A stretch of DNA of 32,000 nucleotides. Origin: Buchnera aphidicola (Therioaphis trifolii). GTDB taxonomy: Bacteria; Pseudomonadota; Gammaproteobacteria; Enterobacterales; Enterobacteriaceae. Positions 1-10,599 of the stretch are shown here, piece after piece. The notes under the pieces were generated by a model, which did no database searches, was not told where the DNA came from, and saw only the letters and a program-made list of their open reading frames with translations. Position 1 is the first letter of the stretch. Every line of letters starts with the position of its first letter. A program made the translations under genes and the position numbers. The stretch is from NCBI RefSeq assembly GCF_005080705.1, contig NZ_CP032996.1, positions 30,001 through 62,000 on the forward strand, given 5' to 3'.

Positions 1-1859
<1,859 letters not shown>

Positions 1860-4800
1860 TTATTTATTATCAAGTTTAATATTAATTCCTAAAGAACGAA
1901 TTTCTCTTAATAATACATTAAATGATTCTGGCATACCAGGATTCATATGATAATTATTTTTTACTATATTTTTATATATTTTGGTTCTTCCATTAACATC
2001 ATCAGATTTTACAGTTAACATTTCTTGTAATGTATATGCTGCTCCATAAGCTTCTAAAGCCCATACTTCCATTTCTCCAAATCTTTGTCCTCCAAATTGA
2101 GCTTTTCCACCTAATGGTTGTTGAGTAATTAAGCTATATGAACCAGTAGATCTAGCATGCATTTTATCATCAACTAAATGATTTAATTTTAACATATACA
2201 TATATCCTACTGTAACTGGTCTTTCAAATTTATTTCCTGTTTGTCCATCGAATAAAGTAATTTGACCAGATTTCGGTATTCCTCCTAATTGTAATAATTC
2301 TTTAATTTCTTTTTCATTAGCTCCATCAAATACTGGTGTTGCAATTGGTAAACCATTTTTATAATTTTTAGCTAAAGTTAATATTTCATCATCAGAAAAA
2401 TTATCAAAATTAATTTTTTGTCTTATTTTATAACCAATATTGAATGTTTTTTGTATAAAATTACGAATATGTGTAATTGATTTTTGTTGTTTTAATAAAT
2501 AATTAATTTGATTACCTATTCCTTTTGCTGCCATACCTAAATGTGTTTCTAAAATTTGTCCAATATTCATACGTGATGGTACACCTAAAGGATTTAATAC
2601 TATATCAATAGGTACCCCATATTTATCATATGGCATATCTTCAACGGGATTTATTTTAGAAATAACTCCTTTATTTCCATGTCTTCCTGCAATTTTATCT
2701 CCAGTTTGTATTTGTCGTTTAACTGCTAAATATACTTTAATTGTTTTTAATATTCCTGGAGCTAAATCATTGCCTTGTATAATTTTCTTTTTTTTAAAAT
2801 CTATTTTTTGTTCAAATTCTTTTTTAATTTTTTTATATTGTTGAAAAATATTATTTAATTGATTTGATATTTTTTTATTTTTTATATCAATTTTATACCA
2901 TTTTTTTTGATCTATTTTTTTTAAATAATTTTCTGATATTCCTGATTTTAGTAAAATATTTTTAATTCGTTGTAATAAATAATATTTAAATATTTTAAAT
3001 TCTTTAGTTAATTCTTTTTTAATATTTTTAATTTGCATATTTTCAATTTCTAAAGTTCTTTTATCTTTTTCAACTCCATTTCTTGTAAAAATTTGAACAT
3101 CTATTACTGTTCCTGATATTCCACTTGGTACTCTTAAAGATGAATCTTTAACATCAGATGCTTTTTCCCCAAAAATAGCACGTAATAATTTTTCTTCTGG
3201 AGTTAATTGACTTTCATTTTTAGGTGTTACTTTTCCTACTAAAATATCTCCTTCTGTTATTTCTGCTCCTACATATACAATTCCAGAAGCATCTAATTTT
3301 GATAAAGATGATTCACTAATATTAGGTATATCAGAACTAATTTCTTCAGGTCCTAATTTAGTATCTCGAGCTACACATGATAATTCTTGAATATGAATTG
3401 TAGTAAATTTGTCTTTTTGTATAATTTTTTCTGATATTAATATAGAATCTTCAAAATTATATCCATTCCAAGACATAAATGCTACTCTCATATTTTGTCC
3501 TAATGCTAATTCTCCTAAATCTGTTGCTGGACCATCTGCTAATACATTTCCTTTACTAATTTTTTCACCTATTGAAACACAAGGTACTTGATTAATACAA
3601 GTATTTTGATTAGATCTAGTATATTTAATTAAATTATATATATCAATTCCAGCTTCATCTGGTGTTATTTGATTTTTATTTACTTTAACAATAATTCTAG
3701 AAGAATCAATATATTGTATAATTCCATCTCTTTTAGCAATAACTGTTACACCTGAATCTACTGCTACTGCTCTTTCCATTCCTGTTCCAACTAATGGTTT
3801 TTCAGACTTCATAATTGGAATAGCTTGTCTTTGCATATTTGCACCCATTAGTGCTCGATTTGCGTCATCATGTTCTAAAAATGGAATTAAAGATGCTCCA
3901 ACAGATACAATTTGTTGTGCAGAAATATCCATATAACTAATTTGTTTTTTTGGAAATAAATTTGTTTCTCCTTGATATCGACAAGTAATTAAATTGTCTA
4001 TTAATTCATTATTTTCATCAATATTAATATTAGCCTGTGCAATAATATAATTATTTTCTTCCATTGCTGATAAATAATGTATTTCTTTAGTTAAAATACC
4101 ATTTTTTACTATTCTGTAAGGAGTTTCTAAAAAACCATATTCGTTAATTTTAGAATATATAGCTAAAGAATTAATTAATCCAATATTTGGTCCTTCAGGT
4201 GTTTCTATTGGACAAATTCGTCCATAATGTGTAGGATGTACATCTCTTACTTCAAATCCAGCTCTTTCACGAGTTAAACCACCTAATCCTAATGCTGAAA
4301 TGCGTCGTTTGTGTGTAATTTCAGATAACGGATTATTTTGATCCATAAATTGTGATAATTGACTAGATGTAAAAAATTCTTTTACAACTGCTGAAATAGG
4401 TTTAGAATTTATTATATCTTGAGGCATTAAAGATTCTAAATCTCCTAAAGATAATCTTTCTTTTATAGTTCTTTCTACTCTAATTAATCCAATTCGAAAT
4501 TGATTTTCTATCATTTCTCCAATAGATCTAATTCTTCTATTTCCTAAATGGTCAATATCGTCAATAGTACCCCGACCATCTCTAATATCAATTAATCTTT
4601 TAATAACTGCAATAATATCTTTTTTACTTAAAACATTTTCATTTTTATTATTTTTTATTGATAAAATATTATTAAATTTCATTCTTCCTATAGAAGAAAG
4701 ATCATATCGATCTTCTGAAAAAAATAAATTTGAAAAAAAATATTCAGCTGCTTCTTTAGTTGGTGGTTCTCCTGGTCTCATAATACGATATATTTCAATC

Positions 4801-5885
4801 ATAGAACTTGTTGAATCAGAAGTAGTATCAAGTTTTAATGTTTGAGAAATATATGCACCTCTATTAAAATTATTTGTAAAAATAGTTTCTATAGAATGAA
4901 TATCAGCTTTTTGTATTTTTTTTATATATTTTAAATTTAATTCTGTATTTGCAAAAATAATAATTTTTTTATTATTTTTATTATAATAATCTTTACAAAC
5001 AATTTTTCCAATTAAATGTTCAATAGGAATTTCAGTTAATAAAATATTTTCTTGTTTTAATTTTTTAATATGTTTTTGATTAATTTTTTCTCCTTTTTTT
5101 ACATAAATAATATCATTATAAATAATATTAAATGATATTTTTTCATTTTTTAATTCTTCTGGAATTATTTCCATATATATTTTTTTATTAATAAATCGAT
5201 AAGTATTTTTTTTAAAGAAAAGATTTAAAATATCTATTGTATTATAACCTAAAGCACGTAATATTACAGTAATTGGAATTTTTCTTTTTCGATCAATTCT
5301 TGCAAATAAATTATCTTTATGATCAAATTCAAAATCTAACCAAGAACCTCTATATGGTATGATCCTTGCATTATATAAAATTTTTCCAGAAGAATGTGTT
5401 TTTCCTTTATCACTATCAAAAAATACTCCTGGACTACGATGTAATTGAGATACTACTACTCTTTCAGTTCCATTAATAATAAATGTTCCATTATTAGTCA
5501 TAATTGGAACTTCACCCATATATACTTCTTGTTCTTTAATATTTTTAATATTTTCACTTTCTTCTTCTAAATCATATATTATTAACCTTAAAGTAGCACG
5601 TATTGATACAGAATATGTTGATCCTCTCATTTGACAATCTCTAGAATCAAAAATAGGTTTTCCAATTCTATAATCAACGTATTGTAATTCTGTTTTATTA
5701 TTATAGCTGGTAATAGGAAAAATAGATTGAAAAACTGATTCTAATCCTCTTTTTTTTGTTTTATCTTTTTGAATGAATTTATTATAAGAATCTATTTGAA
5801 CAGAAAGAAGATAAGGAAGGTTTAATACTGTTTCGTATTTCCCGAAATCTTTCCGAATTCGTTTTTTTTCGGTCTCAAAATACAC
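1860..5885 (-). CDS. rpoB: DNA-directed RNA polymerase subunit beta
   Basis: 1341-aa ORF colinear end to end with E. coli RpoB (1342 aa): (M)[15 protein letters not shown]...[26 protein letters not shown]...NLKLDNK. The start codon is GTG (complement of 5883-5885), with an AGG core 9 nt upstream. Confidence 0.98.
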   Translation of the reverse strand: MYFETEKKRIRKDFGKYETVLNLPYLLSVQIDSYNKFIQKDKTKKRGLESVFQSIFPITSYNNKTELQYVDYRIGKPIFDSRDCQMRGSTYSVSIRATLRLIIYDLEEESENIKNIKEQEVYMGEVPIMTNNGTFIINGTERVVVSQLHRSPGVFFDSDKGKTHSSGKILYNARIIPYRGSWLDFEFDHKDNLFARIDRKRKIPITVILRALGYNTIDILNLFFKKNTYRFINKKIYMEIIPEELKNEKISFNIIYNDIIYVKKGEKINQKHIKKLKQENILLTEIPIEHLIGKIVCKDYYNKNNKKIIIFANTELNLKYIKKIQKADIHSIETIFTNNFNRGAYISQTLKLDTTSDSTSSMIEIYRIMRPGEPPTKEAAEYFFSNLFFSEDRYDLSSIGRMKFNNILSIKNNKNENVLSKKDIIAVIKRLIDIRDGRGTIDDIDHLGNRRIRSIGEMIENQFRIGLIRVERTIKERLSLGDLESLMPQDIINSKPISAVVKEFFTSSQLSQFMDQNNPLSEITHKRRISALGLGGLTRERAGFEVRDVHPTHYGRICPIETPEGPNIGLINSLAIYSKINEYGFLETPYRIVKNGILTKEIHYLSAMEENNYIIAQANINIDENNELIDNLITCRYQGETNLFPKKQISYMDISAQQIVSVGASLIPFLEHDDANRALMGANMQRQAIPIMKSEKPLVGTGMERAVAVDSGVTVIAKRDGIIQYIDSSRIIVKVNKNQITPDEAGIDIYNLIKYTRSNQNTCINQVPCVSIGEKISKGNVLADGPATDLGELALGQNMRVAFMSWNGYNFEDSILISEKIIQKDKFTTIHIQELSCVARDTKLGPEEISSDIPNISESSLSKLDASGIVYVGAEITEGDILVGKVTPKNESQLTPEEKLLRAIFGEKASDVKDSSLRVPSGISGTVIDVQIFTRNGVEKDKRTLEIENMQIKNIKKELTKEFKIFKYYLLQRIKNILLKSGISENYLKKIDQKKWYKIDIKNKKISNQLNNIFQQYKKIKKEFEQKIDFKKKKIIQGNDLAPGILKTIKVYLAVKRQIQTGDKIAGRHGNKGVISKINPVEDMPYDKYGVPIDIVLNPLGVPSRMNIGQILETHLGMAAKGIGNQINYLLKQQKSITHIRNFIQKTFNIGYKIRQKINFDNFSDDEILTLAKNYKNGLPIATPVFDGANEKEIKELLQLGGIPKSGQITLFDGQTGNKFERPVTVGYMYMLKLNHLVDDKMHARSTGSYSLITQQPLGGKAQFGGQRFGEMEVWALEAYGAAYTLQEMLTVKSDDVNGRTKIYKNIVKNNYHMNPGMPESFNVLLREIRSLGINIKLDNK

Positions 5886-5920
5886 TATTATATACCTAAT
5901 CTTTAAGCTTAATGGAAAAA

Positions 5921-5954
5921 TTATATATATTAAATATATATTTAATATATATAA
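5921..5954. repeat. 34-nt perfect all-A/T palindrome (TTATATATATTAAATAT|ATATTTAATATATATAA) in the rplL-rpoB spacer, 36 nt upstream of the rpoB start
   Basis: Read directly: positions 5921-5937 are the exact reverse complement of 5938-5954, and pairing breaks at 5920/5955. It could form a 17-bp A-U hairpin in the rplL-rpoB transcript. Confidence 0.6.
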
Positions 5955-6007
5955 ACATGAATGATAAATATTTTAATATAATACTATTATATTAATAATA
6001 CATTTAA

Positions 6008-6030
6008 GCTGGTGATAATTATTCACCAGC
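6008..6030 (-). terminator. Hairpin GCTGGTGA-(7 nt)-TCACCAGC just downstream of rplL; candidate rplL-rpoB attenuator or partial terminator
   Basis: Perfect 8-bp stem (6008-6015 with 6023-6030) with 5 G/C pairs in an otherwise almost pure A/T spacer. On the minus strand it lies 42 nt after the rplL stop and is followed by UUAAAUGUAUUAUU. E. coli has a partial terminator at the same junction. Confidence 0.5.
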
Positions 6031-6071
6031 AAACTATTATATTATATTTTAATTATAAATATAATTTTATA

Positions 6072-6440
6072 TTATTTAATTTCAATAATTGCACCAGCTT
6101 TTTCTAAAATATTTTTAAACGATTCAGCGTCTTTTTTACTTATTTTTTCTTTTAATGTTGTTGGTGCTGATTCTACTAAATCTTTAGATTCTTTTAATCC
6201 TAAACTCATTGTACTACGTACAGCTTTAATTACTGCTATTTTATTTTTTCCAAATGATTTTAATAATATATTAAATTCTGTTTTTTCTTCTTTTTTTTCT
6301 GTTTGTTGATTATTATTTTGTGAAATATTTGGAATAGAAGATACTCCAAATTTTTTTTCCATACTAGAAACAAGATCAACAATTTCCATAACAGACATTG
6401 TTGATATTGCTTCTATAATTTGTTCTTTTGTAATAGCCAT
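6072..6440 (-). CDS. rplL: 50S ribosomal protein L7/L12
   Basis: 122 aa. [24 protein letters not shown]... and ...[41 protein letters not shown]... match E. coli L7/L12 throughout. AGGA lies upstream of the ATG. Confidence 0.97.
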   Translation of the reverse strand: MAITKEQIIEAISTMSVMEIVDLVSSMEKKFGVSSIPNISQNNNQQTEKKEEKTEFNILLKSFGKNKIAVIKAVRSTMSLGLKESKDLVESAPTTLKEKISKKDAESFKNILEKAGAIIEIK

Positions 6441-6486
6441 TATTAAATATTCCTAACAACAATAAAAATGAATTTTATTTAATGTT

Positions 6487-7002
6487 TTAGTTTACTACGT
6501 TAGTATTTATTTTAATATTATTTTCTTTTATTGCTAATAAAATAGAAAATAATTTTCCTATTGTTGCATTTTTTATGGTTATTATTACATGTGTTAGAGC
6601 TTCTTTTAAGCTTGGTAAAGTTGCTAATTTTTCAATTTCGTCTTTTGAAAGTAATTTTTTATTTAATGCAGCAGTAATAATTTTAAATTTTTTATTTTCT
6701 TTTGAAAAATTTTTAAATATTTTTGCTGTACTTTCTGGATTTTTTAATGAAAATCCAATTATTATTGGTCCAGAAATTATTTTATTTAAACATTCTAAAT
6801 GTGTTTTTTTTAAAGAAATTTTTAATAATGTATTTTTTATTACACATATAAATACATTTTCTATACGACTTATTTTTCTTAATTCAGTAATTTTATTTAC
6901 TGATATATTTTTAGATGTTGCAATTACTGCAGATAATGCTATTTTAGCAATTTTATTAATTTTATTAATTATTTCTTTTTTTTTTTTTATTTTTAAAGCC
7001 AT
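6487..7002 (-). CDS. rplJ: 50S ribosomal protein L10
   Basis: 171 aa. MALKI...IAKIALSAVIATSKNISVNKITELRK...NTLLK...GP... is colinear with E. coli L10 (MALNL...[25 protein letters not shown]). It sits between rplA and rplL, with AGGA 8 nt upstream of the ATG. Confidence 0.95.
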   Translation of the reverse strand: MALKIKKKKEIINKINKIAKIALSAVIATSKNISVNKITELRKISRIENVFICVIKNTLLKISLKKTHLECLNKIISGPIIIGFSLKNPESTAKIFKNFSKENKKFKIITAALNKKLLSKDEIEKLATLPSLKEALTHVIITIKNATIGKLFSILLAIKENNIKINTNVVN

Positions 7003-7073
7003 TTTTTTTCCTAAAATATTATTAAAATTATATATTTTATTATATATTAATAATAAAATATATTTTTATTTTT

Positions 7074-7772
7074 TTATTTTATATTTATATTATTTGATTC
7101 AATAATTATTCCACAACCCATAGTAGTTGATAATACTACTTTTTTTATAAAAGTTCCTTTTGAATTTTTTGGTTTATTTTTTTTAATTTCAGAAATTAAT
7201 TGAATAAAATTTTCTTTAATGTGTTTAGAAGAAAAATTAATTTTTCCAATTGTAGTATGTATAATACCATTTTTATCATTTTTATATTGTATTTTTCCTT
7301 TTTTAAAATTTTTTACTGTTTCTTCAATATTATTTGTAATAGTTTCTGTTTTTAAATTTGGCATAAGTCCTCTTGGACCTAAAATTGGTCCTAATGTACT
7401 AACTATATTCATAGTATCAGGAGAAGCAATAATAACATCAAAATTATGTTTTTTATTTTTTAAAATTGGAATAATTTCTGATCCACCTGCTATATCTGCT
7501 CCATATTTTTTTGCTATATTAATATTTTCACCTTGTGTAAATACAGCTATTTTAATTTTTTTTCCTAAACCATGAGGTAAAATAGTTGTACCTCTTATAT
7601 TTTGTTCTGTTTTTTTAGGATTAATACCTAAATTGATAGCTACATCTATACTTTCAATAAATTTTTTTGTTTGATATTTTTTTAATATTGTAATTGCTTC
7701 GTCAATATTATACTCTTTATTAATGTTAATGTTGTTTTTTAAATTTTTTTTTTTTTTTGTAATTTTTATCAT
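7074..7772 (-). CDS. rplA: 50S ribosomal protein L1
   Basis: 232 aa. ...FIESIDVAINLGINPKKTEQNIRGTTILPHGLGK...FDVIIASPDTMNIVSTLGPILGPRGLMPN...KNDKNGIIHTTIGK... match E. coli L1. The ATG directly abuts the rplK stop (TAAATG). Confidence 0.97.
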   Translation of the reverse strand: MIKITKKKKNLKNNININKEYNIDEAITILKKYQTKKFIESIDVAINLGINPKKTEQNIRGTTILPHGLGKKIKIAVFTQGENINIAKKYGADIAGGSEIIPILKNKKHNFDVIIASPDTMNIVSTLGPILGPRGLMPNLKTETITNNIEETVKNFKKGKIQYKNDKNGIIHTTIGKINFSSKHIKENFIQLISEIKKNKPKNSKGTFIKKVVLSTTMGCGIIIESNNINIK

Positions 7773-8201
7773 TTAATCCTCTATTTTTAAACCCATAGAT
7801 TTTGCAGTTCCTTGAATTGAATTTTTAATTTTTTCAATATTTGACCCTGTCATATCTTGTAATTTGATTTTTGCTATTTCTTCTATCTGTTTTTGATTAA
7901 TAGTTCCTATTTTTTCTAATTTTGGTTTATTTGAACCTTTTTCAATTTTTGAATATTTTTTTAATAAATAAGATGTTGGTGGAGTTTTTGTAATAAATAT
8001 AAATGATTTATCTGTATATACTGTAATGATGACTGGAATAGGAATTCCTTTTTCTAAATTTGAAGTTTGTTGATTAAAAGATTTACAAAACTCCATAATA
8101 TTTATTCCTTTTTGACCCAATGCTGGTCCAATTGGAGGACTAGGATTAGCCATACCAGAAGATACTTGTAATTTAATGTATGATTGAATTTTTTTTGCCA
8201 T
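7773..8201 (-). CDS. rplK: 50S ribosomal protein L11
   Basis: 142 aa. [43 protein letters not shown]... is near-identical in pattern to E. coli L11. Confidence 0.97.
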   Translation of the reverse strand: MAKKIQSYIKLQVSSGMANPSPPIGPALGQKGINIMEFCKSFNQQTSNLEKGIPIPVIITVYTDKSFIFITKTPPTSYLLKKYSKIEKGSNKPKLEKIGTINQKQIEEIAKIKLQDMTGSNIEKIKNSIQGTAKSMGLKIED

Positions 8202-8253
8202 AATTTTTTATTATAATAATTTTTTAATTTTATGAATATAATATTATATATTT

Positions 8254-8802
8254 TTATGAATTTTTTTCGACTTGATTAAAATTTAATTCTATAGGTGTTG
8301 ATCTTCCAAATATTAATACTGATACTTTTAATCGATGTTTTCCATAATCAATTTCTTCAACAATACCCTGAAAATCTGAAAATGGTCCGTTTTTTATTCG
8401 TACCTTTTCTCCTTTTATAAATATTATTTTTGGTCTTGGTGTATCTCCTAATTGTAATAATCGATAATTAATTTTTTTTATTTCATCATCATTAATAGGA
8501 ATTGGACAATCTGAAGTACCTCCTATAAATCCTATTACTTTAGGTATATTTTTAATTAAAGTCCAACTTTTTTCATTAATGTGCATATTAATTAAAATAT
8601 ATCCAGGGAAAAATTTAAATTCACTATTTTTTTTTTTTCCTGCTTTTATTTCTACTATTTTTTCTCCTGGAACCATAATTTTTCCAAATAAATTTTTTAT
8701 TTGACTAGATTCAATTTGTTCTTTTATTTTTTTTACTGTTCTATTTTCAAAACCTGAAAAGGTTTGTAAAATATACCAATTTTTTTTTTGATAATTGTAC
8801 AT
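8254..8802 (-). CDS. nusG: Transcription termination/antitermination factor NusG
   Basis: 182 aa. ...KKNWYILQTFSGFENR...KFFPGYILINM...VIGFIGGTSDCPIPI...GPFSDFQGIVEEIDYGKHRLKVSVLIFGRSTPIELNFNQVEK is colinear with E. coli NusG. Confidence 0.97.
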   Translation of the reverse strand: MYNYQKKNWYILQTFSGFENRTVKKIKEQIESSQIKNLFGKIMVPGEKIVEIKAGKKKNSEFKFFPGYILINMHINEKSWTLIKNIPKVIGFIGGTSDCPIPINDDEIKKINYRLLQLGDTPRPKIIFIKGEKVRIKNGPFSDFQGIVEEIDYGKHRLKVSVLIFGRSTPIELNFNQVEKNS

Positions 8803-8803
8803 T

Positions 8804-9052
8804 TTAAAATCTTAAATTAAGAATAAATGTTATAATTATAAATAAAAATTTATCTATAATCCATAAAATTAAAGATAGTAAAATACTAATAATAAAAATA
8901 GAACATGTAATTTTTATTGTTTCATTAAATGATGGCCAATATATATTATTTATTTCTAATTTTATCATATTTATAAAATTTATTATTTTTATTTTTATAT
9001 ATATTATTTTTAAAAAATAATTTTTAATTTTTTGTATTATTTTTTTATACAT
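8804..9052 (-). CDS. secE: Preprotein translocase subunit SecE, shortened single-TM form
   Basis: 82 aa. The C-terminal 55 aa (INFINMIKLEINNIYWPSFNETIKITCSIFIISILLSLILWIIDKFLFIIITFILNLRF) align with the E. coli SecE C-terminus ([26 protein letters not shown]...LILWGLDG...ITGLRF). It lies 1 nt upstream of nusG, as in the secE-nusG operon. The exact start is uncertain (M1 at 9052 or an internal Met). Confidence 0.8.
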   Translation of the reverse strand: MYKKIIQKIKNYFLKIIYIKIKIINFINMIKLEINNIYWPSFNETIKITCSIFIISILLSLILWIIDKFLFIIITFILNLRF

Positions 9053-9107
9053 TTTATCAGCATTATAATAATATAATTTAATATTGTTATTTTAATTTTA
9101 TATTGTT

Positions 9108-9182
9108 TGCTGATACCCAGATTCGAACTGAGGGTCTCACCCTTACCAAGGATGTGCTCTAACCAAACTAAGCTATATCAGC
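9108..9182 (-). tRNA. thrT: tRNA-Thr (anticodon GGU)
   Basis: Reverse complement: GCTGATATAGCTTAGTTTGGTTAGAGCACATCCTTGGTAAGGGTGAGACCCTCAGTTCGAATCTGGGTATCAGCA. Acceptor stem GCTGATA/TATCAGC, anticodon stem CATCC/GGGTG with loop TTGGTAA, T arm CTCAG-TTCGAAT-CTGGG, discriminator A. No encoded CCA. Confidence 0.93.
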
Positions 9183-9187
9183 TTTTA

Positions 9188-9259
9188 AGCGGGTAGCGGG
9201 AATCGAACCCGCATTATTAGCTTGGAAGGCTAAAGTAATAACCATTATACTATACCCGC
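9188..9259 (-). tRNA. glyT: tRNA-Gly (anticodon UCC)
   Basis: Reverse complement: GCGGGTATAGTATAATGGTTATTACTTTAGCCTTCCAAGCTAATAATGCGGGTTCGATTCCCGCTACCCGCT. Close to E. coli glyT. Anticodon loop CTTCCAA, T arm GCGGG-TTCGATT-CCCGC. No encoded CCA. Confidence 0.93.
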
Positions 9260-9275
9260 TAATTAAAAAATATAT

Positions 9276-9358
9276 TGGTGGAGGAAGGATTCGAACCTTC
9301 GAAGTCGATAGACGGCAGATTTACAGTCTGCTCCCTTTAACCACTCGGGAACTCCACC
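9276..9358 (-). tRNA. tyrU: tRNA-Tyr (anticodon GUA), long variable arm
   Basis: Reverse complement: GGTGGAGTTCCCGAGTGGTTAAAGGGAGCAGACTGTAAATCTGCCGTCTATCGACTTCGAAGGTTCGAATCCTTCCTCCACCA. Anticodon stem GCAGA/TCTGC with loop CTGTAAA, class II variable arm, T arm GAAGG-TTCGAAT-CCTTC. No encoded CCA. Confidence 0.93.
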
Positions 9359-9373
9359 TATTTTTATTTATTA

Positions 9374-9446
<73 letters not shown>

Positions 9447-9459
9447 TTTTTAATTTTTA

Positions 9460-9479
9460 ATATATATATATATATATAT
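9460..9479. repeat. (AT)10 dinucleotide microsatellite in the divergent tRNA-operon/metF spacer
   Basis: Read directly: 20 nt of strictly alternating A/T beginning 14 nt upstream (minus-strand sense) of the tRNA-Thr(UGU) 5' end. Confidence 0.9.
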
Positions 9480-9636
9480 TACTTTTAGATGCCGAATTAT
9501 GCAAGTTTAAATTTCATTTTTTTTAAAAAATATAAAAAAAATAAAAAAAAATTATAAATATATTATAATAATTATAATTTAAATAAATAATATTTTTTAA
9601 TATTTTATTTTTTTTGAATATAAATAGGATATTATT

Positions 9637-10530
9637 ATGAATCATTTATATAATTCTTATAAATATTTATATCAAAAAATTTTTGATATAAATTCTAAAA
9701 TTGATATTTCTTTTGAATTTTTTCCACCCAAAATTTTTAATAAAGAAAATAACAATTTTTTATCTTCAATTAAAAAATTAAGTATTTTTCATCCTAATTT
9801 TATATCTATAACATGTACTCCAAGAAATTCTGAAATTAATTATACTTATCAAGCAATTAAAAATATTCCAAAAACATTAAATTTAAATATTGCTCCGCAT
9901 ATTACATATATTAATAATATTAATACAATAACAAAATTATCTAAAAAATATTGGAATAATGGTATTAAGAGTATTGTTGCTTTACGTGGTGATGTAATAT
10001 CAAAAGAATATAATTCTGAAGTTTATGCTTTTCAATTAGTTACATTATTAAAAAAAATTGCTGATTTTGATATTTCAGTTGCTGCATATCCTGAAGTACA
10101 TCCTGAAGCAAAAAATGCTAATTTGGATTTAATACATTTAAAAGAAAAAATTAATTGTGGTGCAAATAGAGCAATTACTCAATTTTTTTTTGATGTAAAT
10201 AAATATTTAAAATTTAGAGATCGTTGTATTAGTATTGGAATTAATGTTGATATTATTCCAGGAATTTTACCAATTATGAATTTTCAACAATTAAAAAAAT
10301 TTATTAATTTAACTAATGTATATGTTCCAAGTTGGATTAATAATATATTTAATAATATAAATATTAATAATATTCATATTAATAAAATGATTGGTTTAGT
10401 TATATGTGTTGATATTATTCAAAAATTATGTAAAGAAGGAGTAAATAAATTTCATTTTTATACTTTAAATGACTTTGAAATAGTTTATACTTTATGTTCT
10501 ATATTAAAACAAAATATTAAAATAAATTAA
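9637..10530 (+). CDS. metF: 5,10-methylenetetrahydrofolate reductase
   Basis: 297 aa. ISFEFFPPK, APHITYI, YWNNGIKSIVALRGD, DFDISVAAYPEVHPEAKNA, GANRAITQFFFDV..YLKFRDRC and IIPGILP..NF are colinear with E. coli MetF. TAGGAT lies upstream of the ATG. Confidence 0.93.
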   Translation: MNHLYNSYKYLYQKIFDINSKIDISFEFFPPKIFNKENNNFLSSIKKLSIFHPNFISITCTPRNSEINYTYQAIKNIPKTLNLNIAPHITYINNINTITKLSKKYWNNGIKSIVALRGDVISKEYNSEVYAFQLVTLLKKIADFDISVAAYPEVHPEAKNANLDLIHLKEKINCGANRAITQFFFDVNKYLKFRDRCISIGINVDIIPGILPIMNFQQLKKFINLTNVYVPSWINNIFNNININNIHINKMIGLVICVDIIQKLCKEGVNKFHFYTLNDFEIVYTLCSILKQNIKIN

Positions 10531-10599
10531 TTTATTTTATTTAATATTATATATTTATATAATCTTATTATAATTTTATTTTTTAATGAGTATATTTTT

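Noticed and set aside
3409-3591. 60-aa plus-strand ORF antisense to rpoB
   Set aside because: Short and entirely inside the most conserved part of rpoB, with no ribosome-binding site. It is a chance open frame.
6575-7105. 176-aa plus-strand ORF in the track, antisense to rplJ and running across the rplA-rplJ spacer into the rplA 3' end
   Set aside because: It is a shadow ORF. Its F/I/L-rich sequence is the mirror image of the K/N/E-rich sense codons of a strongly conserved ribosomal protein gene. I see no start context or recognisable motif, and it spans a spacer and two real genes.
7219-7575. 118-aa plus-strand ORF antisense to rplA
   Set aside because: Same reasoning. It is an antisense shadow of a conserved gene with a hydrophobic low-complexity translation and no independent support.
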